Shown in pieces: positions 56,311-64,000 of a stretch of 64,000 nt of DNA. The notes under the pieces were generated by a model that was not told the DNA's origin, did no database searches, and saw only the letters and a list, made by a program, of their open reading frames with translations. Position numbers and translations under genes: made by a program. This stretch comes from an uncultured Gemmatimonadota bacterium (GTDB lineage Bacteria; JAAXHH01): NCBI GenBank assembly GCA_951812955.1, contig OX638340.1:3584001-3648000 (forward strand), read 5' to 3'. Numbering within the stretch: the stretch's first letter is position 1; every line of letters begins with the position of its first letter.

Positions 56311-56362
56311 GCAATCATCCGAAACGGAAGCGAGACGCAATCATCCGAAACGGAAGCGAGAC
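56311..56362 (+). repeat. Perfect 26-bp tandem duplication (gcaatcatccgaaacggaagcgagac x2) spanning the sulfatase RBS region
   Basis: Copies at 56311-56336 and 56337-56362, 6 nt before ATG 56369. Confidence 0.8.
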
Positions 56363-56368
56363 GCAACC

Positions 56369-57733
56369 ATGGCCACGAAATCCGGACGCCCCAATCTCCT
56401 GTTTATCATGGACGACCAGCACCGGCACGACTACCTGTCCGCGGCGGGAGCGACCTTCGTGCGCACGCCGAACCTGGACTGTTTGGCGGAACGCGGGGTC
56501 CGATTCAGCCAGTGCATAACCAACGCCCCGGTCTGCGCGCCCGCGCGCATCGGCCTGGCCAGCGGCTACCAGCCCGCGCGGCTGGGGTGCCTGGACAACA
56601 ACTGCTACCTGCCCCGCCATATCACGCCCTATTACGTCCGGCTTCGGGACGCGGGATACCGGGTCGGGTGCGTGGGGAAACTCGACCTGGCCAAGCCGGA
56701 TCCCTACAACGGCCGCCACGGCGACCGAGCCCGGGTGTTCGGTTGGGGTTTCACCCATCCCGTGGAATGCGAAGGCAAGATGCACGCGGGCATGGCGGAC
56801 CAGCCGCGGGGACCTTATGGATTCTGGCTTCAGGAGCAGGGACTCTTCGAACGCTTCCGGACGGATTACGCGGCCCGGGGAGCGCGGGGCTGGATCGAGG
56901 GTGCTTCCCATGATTCTATATTGCCTGAGGACGCTTTCGAGGATGCCTACATTGGCCGCCGCGCCGTGGAATGGATGGACACCGTCCCCGACGATTACCC
57001 GTGGCATCTCTTCGTCAGCTTCGTGGGGCCGCACGATCCCTTCGATCCGCCTACGTCATACGCGGAACGATACCGGGGCGCTGCCGTGCCGCCGGCAATA
57101 CGAAGCAACGAAGAGGGGAAGCCGTCCTGGGTCAACGCCCGTCGGCGCGACCTGTCCGAAGATGAAGTGGCAGTTACGCGCCGGCAGTATTGCGCGGTCA
57201 TCGAACTGATCGACGACCAGGTAGGCCGGATCATCGAAGCCGTAGAACGGCGGGGCATGGCGGAGGATACCATCGTCGTGTTCGCCAGCGACCACGGCGA
57301 AATGCTGGGCGACCATGGCCTGTACACCAAATCCGTTCCCTACGAGGTGGCCCTGCGCGTGCCGCTCATTGCCGCTGGACCAGGCATAGCGGGAGGGCGT
57401 ACTTCCGACGCCCTCGTGGAACTGATCGACGTCAATCCGACCCTGTGCGGTCTGGCGGGTCTGCCCGCCCAGGAAGGGCTCGACGCCAGCGACTTCAGCG
57501 CCGTGCTCACCGGGGATCGTTCGACCCACCGCGAGGAAGCGGCCAGCGCGCTTCGCGAATTCCGGCTCGTACGCACGGCGGATCACAAGCTTGTGGTGCA
57601 CCACACGGGTGAAACGGAGCTATACGACCTGAAAAACGATCCTGAAGAGCTTGAAAACGTGGCGGCCGATCGGCCCGATGCGGTCAACGCGCTGCGAAGG
57701 CGTCTGCAGCGGCGATTTCACTTCCCGCCCTAA
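56369..57733 (+). CDS. Cys-type sulfatase (formylglycine-dependent)
   Basis: LLFIMDDQHRHD plus CAPAR (CxPxR) active-site motif. 454 aa. Confidence 0.85.
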   Translation: MATKSGRPNLLFIMDDQHRHDYLSAAGATFVRTPNLDCLAERGVRFSQCITNAPVCAPARIGLASGYQPARLGCLDNNCYLPRHITPYYVRLRDAGYRVGCVGKLDLAKPDPYNGRHGDRARVFGWGFTHPVECEGKMHAGMADQPRGPYGFWLQEQGLFERFRTDYAARGARGWIEGASHDSILPEDAFEDAYIGRRAVEWMDTVPDDYPWHLFVSFVGPHDPFDPPTSYAERYRGAAVPPAIRSNEEGKPSWVNARRRDLSEDEVAVTRRQYCAVIELIDDQVGRIIEAVERRGMAEDTIVVFASDHGEMLGDHGLYTKSVPYEVALRVPLIAAGPGIAGGRTSDALVELIDVNPTLCGLAGLPAQEGLDASDFSAVLTGDRSTHREEAASALREFRLVRTADHKLVVHHTGETELYDLKNDPEELENVAADRPDAVNALRRRLQRRFHFPP

Positions 57734-57787
57734 CGCCGGCGATTTCACTTCCCGCCGTGACCCTCCGTGACCATGCCGGACATGCCG

Positions 57788-58623
57788 TCAAGACCGGCCG
57801 TAAGGCGCGCCATCGGGCGAGGCATGTTGCGGTGAGACGATCTGGCGTCGTTCGGGCGTAAGACGGTCCAGCAGTTCGGGCGAGGGCTGGTACCCGTGGC
57901 GGAAATTGCCCCAGGAAGGTCCGTACCGGTAGACCACGATACGGCGCGTTCCCGCGTTTCGCCGGGTGGCCGAACCGTGGGAGATGCCATCCACGAACAA
58001 CAGGGCGTCGCCGGCCTCCATAAACAGTTCCGCGGAACCGGTAATGCCCTCCACGGAAGCGCCCTTGGGCTTCATGGCGTGCCGGGCGAATTCTGGGTGG
58101 ATGAAGTTGGATTTGTGACTGCCCGGGATGACCATGGTGGCGCCGTCCCCGGGACCGATGTCGGTCAGGGCCATGAGCACATTGACCTGCCCGCACATGA
58201 ACCGGCCGCCGTGGTAGCGGAAGCCGTTGCGCATGATGGGCGGGTATCCCCCGGAATGCAGCCCGATCGCCTCTCCCGGCTCCCGGAAATTTGCGAAGTT
58301 CTCGTCGATGAACAGCGGGCCGTGTGCGTAGTCGAAGGTACCCTCCCCGCCCACGAAATGCTTGACCCGGTCGAACCACGAAGGATGGTCGATCAGGGCT
58401 TCGAACGGGGCGCCCGCTTCGTAAATCTGCTGGAGGTTCAGGCCGTCCACGGTGCCGTAGGTATGGGCGTTGACGAATCCGTGCCATTCGCCCGGCGACA
58501 GGGCCGGGAATTCGTCCAGGGAGGCGTTCAGTTCCGCCACTTCCGCCCTCGACAGGGCCTGCTTCAGATGGAGGAATCCGTTCAGGTCGAAGAGATAGAC
58601 ATCCAGGTCGTCAAGATTGCTCA
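57788..58623 (-). CDS. PhyH-family oxygenase
   Basis: Start MSNLDDLDVYLFDLNGFLHLKQAL. HSGGYP...H motifs. Sits between the two sulfatase genes. Confidence 0.6.
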
Positions 58624-58808
58624 TGGGATTGTACCGTTTCTCCAGGGAAATCCTGTTGATTTGTCCCGCCCGATTCGTTACTCTCTTGATCGGCAATATA
58701 TCTCGCCAACCAGCGATACACAACCCAATTGCACTGGGAACCGCGCGAGACGCCGGCCGGATCCATTCCATCCCGAAATATCCGCGTAGACAGGACGAGG
58801 TAACCTGA

Positions 58809-60182
58809 ATGAAGGCCGTTTCACAGCCCAACGTGCTGATTGTGCTGAGTGATCAACTGCGGCGGCAGGCCCTGTCCACCTACGGCGATCCGAACATCGT
58901 CACGCCTCACGTCGACGACCTGGCCGGCCGGGGTGTTCGATTCGAGAACGCCAGTTCTACCTGTCCCATCTGCGTCCCTTTCCGTTTCACTTTCATGACG
59001 GGGCTGTACGCCCATGACCGGAAGGTACCTGGTATCGAGTACAGGATGTCTCCCGCGGAACGCACCCTGGCCGACGAGTTCAACGAGGCGGGGTACGAAA
59101 CGATCTATACGGGCAAATGGCATCTCGACGGAGGTCACGGCCGCATGGGGTCCGCCCGGCAGTGCGGGCGGATGCCCGTGAAGAAGGCCTACCGGGGCCG
59201 CTGGCAGAAGTGGATGGGTTTCGAACTCAGAAACGGCCCCTTCGATACCTTTTATTTCGAAGACGACGACCCGACGCCAAAACCGGTAGAAGGATACCAG
59301 ACCGACGGGCTTTTCGAGCTCGCCATGGACTACCTCGAGACCCGGGATCCGTCCCGTCCCTTCTGCATGGTGGTTTCCGTCGAGCCGCCCCACGATCCTT
59401 TCGAGGCCCCGGAGGCGATGCAGCGCACCTGGGAGGCGATGGACATCGTGCTTCCGCCCAACGTCGACGCGGCCGACGCCGAGGCCATGGAACGGATCAT
59501 GCTCAACCGGAAGCGGTATTACGCCATGGTGGAAAACCTGGACTGGAACATGGGGCGCCTCGGCGCATTTCTGCTGCGAACCGGCCTCCACGGCGAGACC
59601 GTGGTCGTGTTTCTTTCGGATCACGGAGAACTCGGCGGCGCCCATGGACTCCGGGGAAAGCAGTGGCCTTACGAGGAGTCGACGGGAATCCCCCTGATCG
59701 TGGCGGATCCACGGCACCCGGACCGGGCCGGTGCCTTGATCGAAGATCCGGTCTCCACCGAGGACCTGTTCCCCACCATACTCGGTCTGGCCGGGCTGCG
59801 ACCACGGGACGCCCTTCCCGGCGAAAACCTTGCACCGTTGATACACGGCAACACCGGACGGCTGGAGCGGGAAGGCGTGATGCTCGAGTTCGTGGCTGAA
59901 CTGCGTCAGGGCATGGCCTTCTACGACCAGGTCTGGCGTGGGTACCGATCCGCTCGGTACAAGTATACCGTGTGCGGGGACAACCTCGGCGGCGCCGGGC
60001 CGTGGCAGTTCTTCGATCTGGCGGAGGATCCCTGGGAACAGCGAAATCTCATTGACGATCCCGCTTTCCGGCCGGAGATCACGCGTCACCATGGCCTTCT
60101 CCTGGACAGGATGAAGGAGACCGACGACCACTTCGTACTCCTACCCGCCTTCGGAATGGAAGGATTGAATACCTGGGATTGA
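58809..60182 (+). CDS. Cys-type sulfatase (second, divergent subfamily)
   Basis: NVLIVLSDQLR plus CVPFR (CxPxR) motif. 457 aa. Confidence 0.85.
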   Translation: MKAVSQPNVLIVLSDQLRRQALSTYGDPNIVTPHVDDLAGRGVRFENASSTCPICVPFRFTFMTGLYAHDRKVPGIEYRMSPAERTLADEFNEAGYETIYTGKWHLDGGHGRMGSARQCGRMPVKKAYRGRWQKWMGFELRNGPFDTFYFEDDDPTPKPVEGYQTDGLFELAMDYLETRDPSRPFCMVVSVEPPHDPFEAPEAMQRTWEAMDIVLPPNVDAADAEAMERIMLNRKRYYAMVENLDWNMGRLGAFLLRTGLHGETVVVFLSDHGELGGAHGLRGKQWPYEESTGIPLIVADPRHPDRAGALIEDPVSTEDLFPTILGLAGLRPRDALPGENLAPLIHGNTGRLEREGVMLEFVAELRQGMAFYDQVWRGYRSARYKYTVCGDNLGGAGPWQFFDLAEDPWEQRNLIDDPAFRPEITRHHGLLLDRMKETDDHFVLLPAFGMEGLNTWD

Positions 60183-60258
60183 ACCCCGCGATCCTCGCTA
60201 AGCACCGCACAGGATCCGTCGGCGGCTGTGTCTGAATCCAGAGGAAATCGAAGCATAC

Positions 60259-62250
60259 ATGTCCCAAACCAGCGAGACGACGCCACAGACCGGCGAAACC
60301 GGAAGCGGTGGCGCGGCTAAAACACTGACGACCGGTCTCACCCGCAGGGCCCTGCTGATCGGCATCTTTCTGTCTGTCCTGCTGAACATCTGGACGATTC
60401 ACGCGGGCTACATCAGCCAGTCGTCGTTCATCAGCCTGACCCACCTGCCCGTTTCCGCCCTGTTCCCCTTCCTGCTGGTGCTGCTGGGGCTCAATCCGCT
60501 GTTGAAAGTCTTCTGGCCGTCCAGGGTACTGCACCGCAATGAACTGATAATCGTGTTCTTCCTGGTCTTTACCGCGTCGACCATTCCCGCGTGGCCCTTC
60601 AGTTCCTACTGGATCAGCGGTATCACGGGGCCGTACTATAACGCCACCACGGAGAACCAGTGGGCGGAGCTCTTCTTCCAGTATCTGCCCTCCTGGCTGA
60701 TCGTCCAGGACGAGCAGCGCGCCCTCTCGTGGTTTTTCGAAGGCATCCCTGACAGCCGCCCCCCGGTCTTCGGCATCATTCGCAATGCCTGGACCGTACC
60801 GATGTTCTGGTGGGTCACCTTCTTCCTCGCCATCTTCGTGGTCGGCGCGTCGGCCATGGTCATGCTTCGCAAACAGTGGGTGGAACACGAGCGGCTGTCC
60901 TTCCCGCTCGCCCAGATTCCGCTGATCCTGGTCGAAGAGGAGAAGGGCCGCGCGTTGCCCGCCGTGATGCAATCGAAGCTGTTCTGGTACGCTTTCGGCA
61001 TCACGTTGTTTATTTTCCTCTGGAACATCGTCGGTTTCTTCAACTGGGTCAGCGCCATCCCCATTGGGCCGCTGCACAACTTCCCCGTTGTGATCGCCCG
61101 GGCGTTTCCCGCTATTCCCGTCAAGTTCAATTTCCTGGTTGCGGGCGTTGGATACTTCACGAACCTGAACGTCCTTTTCAGCATATGGGTGTTCTTCGTC
61201 ATCATGACCATTCAGCAGGGCATCATGACCCGCCTCGGCGTGCCCAATGCCTTCGCGGTCGTCAAGTCGCAGCATTCCGGCGGGTTTCTCGTGTTTGCTC
61301 TGTACGCTTTGTGGGCGGCGCGGCGGCACCTGAAGGACGTCGTGATGAAAGCACTGGGCAAGGCGCCCCACGTGGATGATTCGAAGGAGTTCTTTTCCTA
61401 CCGGATGGCCGCGCTGGGCGTCCTGGGTGGCGTTACCTACATCGTGTGCTGGCTTTATGCCACGGGCATGTCCCTCGGAATCATCGCCTTCATGATGGGG
61501 TCGTTGCTGATCATGTTCGTGGGCGTGACGCGCATCGTGGCGGAAACGGGCATCGTGTTCCTTGACCTGCCCTTCGAGACCCACGACTTCACGGTGGCCG
61601 TCATCGGTTCGGGGAGTATCAGTACGCGGGATCTGACAAACCTCGCCATAGCCAATTCCTACGCCCGCAACTGGCGGACGCTCGGCATGTGTTCCATGGG
61701 GCATATCGCCAAGGTCGACGACGAGATGGGCGGTACGGGTAAAGGATCCTTCAAGACGATCACGGCCGTTCTCGCCCTGAGTATAGTCGTGTCGTTGATA
61801 TTCACGATTTACCTGGGATATAACCACGGAGGGGCTTCGCAGTTCTTCGAGCCTGCGTTCACCAACGGGACCAAGCTACCTTACGACAACCTGGTCAAAT
61901 GGATCAATAACAGGGAGGCGATCACCGGGACCGAGTTCTGGTTCATGGTCTTCGGAGGTGTGATTACCACACTGCTGATCCAGGCTCACCACCGGTTCAC
62001 CTGGTGGTCGCTGCACCCCATCGGATTCACCGTTGTGCTGACGCCGGGCATGGCCAGTTCGGCTTTCTCGCTGTTTGTGGTCTGGTGCGTGAAGGCCCTG
62101 CTCCTGAAGATCGGGGGCATCCAGCTGTACAGAAAGGCCGTACCCGCTGTCATGGGCATGCTCGTTGCGTTCGTACTTGGCGTGTTTCTTTCGTACGTGG
62201 CCGACGTCGCCTGGTTTCCCAGGGCAGGCCATCCCGTTCAGAACTGGTAA
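60259..62250 (+). CDS. Large polytopic membrane protein, paralog of the 54243 gene
   Basis: Collinear homology with the 54243 gene. 663 aa. Confidence 0.6.
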   Translation: MSQTSETTPQTGETGSGGAAKTLTTGLTRRALLIGIFLSVLLNIWTIHAGYISQSSFISLTHLPVSALFPFLLVLLGLNPLLKVFWPSRVLHRNELIIVFFLVFTASTIPAWPFSSYWISGITGPYYNATTENQWAELFFQYLPSWLIVQDEQRALSWFFEGIPDSRPPVFGIIRNAWTVPMFWWVTFFLAIFVVGASAMVMLRKQWVEHERLSFPLAQIPLILVEEEKGRALPAVMQSKLFWYAFGITLFIFLWNIVGFFNWVSAIPIGPLHNFPVVIARAFPAIPVKFNFLVAGVGYFTNLNVLFSIWVFFVIMTIQQGIMTRLGVPNAFAVVKSQHSGGFLVFALYALWAARRHLKDVVMKALGKAPHVDDSKEFFSYRMAALGVLGGVTYIVCWLYATGMSLGIIAFMMGSLLIMFVGVTRIVAETGIVFLDLPFETHDFTVAVIGSGSISTRDLTNLAIANSYARNWRTLGMCSMGHIAKVDDEMGGTGKGSFKTITAVLALSIVVSLIFTIYLGYNHGGASQFFEPAFTNGTKLPYDNLVKWINNREAITGTEFWFMVFGGVITTLLIQAHHRFTWWSLHPIGFTVVLTPGMASSAFSLFVVWCVKALLLKIGGIQLYRKAVPAVMGMLVAFVLGVFLSYVADVAWFPRAGHPVQNW

Positions 62251-62298
62251 TCTTGCTGCGTCCTGCTGATCTCCAGCAGGCGCGTGGGAGCGTTGAAA

Positions 62299-62688
62299 AT
62301 GTCGGAAGAACAGGATCCCCAGGAAATACTCGACCGCATCCTGGAAAACGACGGCCGATATCCCAGGAGGGCCTACCTCTTCGTCCTTGAGGCGGTTTCG
62401 TATACGGTGGAGAAACTGTCAGAACGCAGGCACATATCGGGGAAGGAACTTTCCATGGGCATCAGGGATCTCGCCCTCGAAAGGTTCGGCATCGCGGCGA
62501 AACTGGTGTTCGAAGAGTGGAACCTCACCAGAACCCGTCACTTCGGCGACATCGTCTTCAATCTGGTCAACGAGGGGTTACTGCGGAAAACCGAAGAGGA
62601 CGACATCGAGGATTTCGACGAGGTGTTCGACTTCACCACCGCGTTCGAAACCGAGTTCCGGATCACCGTGGAATCGAAGGACGGCTGA
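62299..62688 (+). CDS. Hypothetical acidic protein
   Basis: Start MSEEQDPQEILDRIL. No domain recognised. Confidence 0.35.
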   Translation: MSEEQDPQEILDRILENDGRYPRRAYLFVLEAVSYTVEKLSERRHISGKELSMGIRDLALERFGIAAKLVFEEWNLTRTRHFGDIVFNLVNEGLLRKTEEDDIEDFDEVFDFTTAFETEFRITVESKDG

Positions 62689-62797
62689 TCACCGTTCCCC
62701 ATGGTGTTGTTTCGGTCTGCTTCGGCATCATCCCCCGGGCCTGAATTAGATGGGGCCTTCAGGCCTCAGCGGAATCCCTGACGCCAGATCTTTGGCC

Positions 62798-64000
62798 TTA
62801 TGCCCTCCGGACCGTGCGCTGCCGTCTCCCGAAAGTAGGTTTCGGCGCCTGAGTTTGCGATTCGGACCCGCTTTGGGTATTCGAACCTTCGTCCCGGGAA
62901 TCCGAGCTTGTCTCCGATTGAATGGATGGTTCGTTCACGGCTTCGGGCTTGTCTCCGGCAGCCTTCGCGGTCCTGGATCCGGGCTTGTCTCCGGCAGCCT
63001 TCCTGGTCCTGGATCCGGGCTTGTTTCCGGCAGCCTTCCTGGTCCTGGATCTGGGCTTGTTTACGGTCGCCTTCACGTCCTTGGTCTCGGGTTCATCTCC
63101 GGCAGCCTTTGCGTCCTTAGCCTCGGGCTCGTTTTCGGCAATCTTCACGGCCTTGGTCTCGGGTTCATCTCCGGCAGCCTTTGCGTCCTTGGCCTCGGGC
63201 TCATTTCCGGCAGCCTTCGCGGTCTTGGTTTCGGACTCATTTCCGGCAGTCTTAGCGGTCTTGGTTTCAGACTCATTGGCCACCGCGGTCTCACCGCCGG
63301 ATTCCTCGGCGGTTTCAGCAATGACTGGTTGCGTTTCCACAGTTTCCGGCGAATCGTCCTTTTTCGGTGCAGCATCCTTGCCTCTTCGGGTTCTGCCGGT
63401 CCTGCTCCCTTGACCGTTACCTCTGGAGGCGCGGCTTTTCTTACCGTCGCCTTTTTCCCCGGCCGCGGATGTGTCGCGGTCGCTTCCATCATCGGGCGTG
63501 AGGGCTTTCTCTTCCTGCTGTACGGTTTCATCCTGCGTGTTCGTTTCGTCGGCCGCGGAGGAAGGTGCACCGTTCGTCTGCTGTCGCGTGCCGCGCCGGC
63601 CTCCTGACTGTCGGGGCTTGCCCGATGAGCGCTTTGAACGGCTCGTGCCGGATCTCGCGGATGAACGGGAAGCGGACGGTTTCGCTTCGGCCGCCACCGT
63701 CTCGTCGCCGGTGTCTCCGTTGGCCGCGGGGGGCAGGGAACGGAAGTTGAGCCGGCCGGAAGCGGTCGGCACGGATTTAAGCTTGTTGATCAGTCGCTTC
63801 GGAAAGACCATGCGGGCCGTGATCAGCGGATTCCCCCACTGGCTGACGCGGAGTCCGCCCCCCAGGCTGACCAGGGCGTAGGCCGTATCGTAATCCAGTC
63901 CCTTGTCCTGCGAGATCCATTTCACCATCTCGGTGATCGCCAGTCTGGCAGCCTGGTCGACCGAGGACGCGGAAGTAATGGTGACCCATTCGCCCTTCGA
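62798..64000 (-). CDS. Acetamidase/formamidase-like protein (N-terminus beyond window) with ~300-aa repetitive Lys/Ala/Glu/Thr-rich C-terminal tail
   Basis: The frame is open to the window edge. ...ITEMVKWISQDKGLDYDTAYALVSLGGGLRVSQ resembles the FmdA/AmdA C-terminal block. The tail is made of 12-aa repeats (EPEAKDAKAAGD). Confidence 0.4.
   Translation of the reverse strand, partial: SKGEWVTITSASSVDQAARLAITEMVKWISQDKGLDYDTAYALVSLGGGLRVSQWGNPLITARMVFPKRLINKLKSVPTASGRLNFRSLPPAANGDTGDETVAAEAKPSASRSSARSGTSRSKRSSGKPRQSGGRRGTRQQTNGAPSSAADETNTQDETVQQEEKALTPDDGSDRDTSAAGEKGDGKKSRASRGNGQGSRTGRTRRGKDAAPKKDDSPETVETQPVIAETAEESGGETAVANESETKTAKTAGNESETKTAKAAGNEPEAKDAKAAGDEPETKAVKIAENEPEAKDAKAAGDEPETKDVKATVNKPRSRTRKAAGNKPGSRTRKAAGDKPGSRTAKAAGDKPEAVNEPSIQSETSSDSRDEGSNTQSGSESQTQAPKPTFGRRQRTVRRA
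62930..63290 (+). repeat. 36-bp tandem repeats (about 10 copies) encoding the repetitive tail of the 62798 gene
   Basis: ggcttgtctccggcagccttcgcggtcctggatccg units and variants. Confidence 0.6.

Overview
This is a high-GC (~63-65%) bacterial chromosomal window, densely coding on both strands; no rRNA, tRNA or CRISPR array was found. Read end to end it looks like a catabolic/accessory neighbourhood rather than core genome.

Contents, in order:
- A small operon of a phytanoyl-CoA dioxygenase (PhyH)-family oxygenase with two SDR reductases.
- Housekeeping genes: flavin-dependent thymidylate synthase thyX, ribonuclease HIII (rnhC), and transcription termination factor rho with a long leader.
- An arabinoside-utilisation locus: GH51 alpha-L-arabinofuranosidase, two paralogous Tat-lipoprotein sugar-binding proteins and two MalFG-type permeases.
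- A B12-binding radical SAM enzyme carrying an in-frame tandem repeat.
- Two tandem cyclophilins.
- An MFS exporter.
- DppBC-like permeases with N-terminal extensions, and a TupBC-like pair with no binding protein.
- A 1531-aa lipoprotein that fuses a degenerate (probably non-catalytic) M28 peptidase-like domain to a MacB/FtsX-type permease.
- A clearly lower-GC (~45-50%) island of about 4.2 kb at ~33.66-37.86 kb. It carries a hypothetical ORF and a TIR-like (COG4271-type) ORF separated by a 1-nt frameshift at an A6 run. It also carries an MntA antitoxin next to a truncated HepT, and a Phd/VapB antitoxin next to a VapC interrupted by an in-frame TAA. Finally it carries a convergent type II restriction-modification pair: a beta-class MTase with an N-terminal HTH, driven by a near-consensus leaderless promoter containing tandem GACGTC palindromes, and a PD-ExK nuclease candidate.
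- A second low-GC islet with a STAS-like small protein translationally coupled to a PIN nuclease.
- A chromosomal gene that fuses a class-I SAM-methyltransferase fold to a DUF1524/HNH-like His-Me nuclease.
- A large block of sugar-acid/oxidative catabolism genes: eight PhyH-family oxygenases in total, bicupins, an enolase-superfamily dehydratase, a UxuA-like enzyme, an amidohydrolase, a BNR/sialidase-like protein and a sulfite-oxidase-family molybdoenzyme.
- A duplicated module: a ~660-aa polytopic membrane protein of unknown family next to a Cys-type sulfatase, present twice.
- At the window edge, an acetamidase/formamidase-like gene with a ~300-aa 12-residue tandem-repeat tail.

Several tandem repeats overlap gene ends or ribosome-binding sites.

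The best candidates for follow-up are the defence/addiction island (TIR-like frameshift, decayed toxins, the R-M pair with its operator-like promoter), the methyltransferase-HNH fusion, the pseudo-M28-FtsX fusion and the STAS-like/PIN pair.
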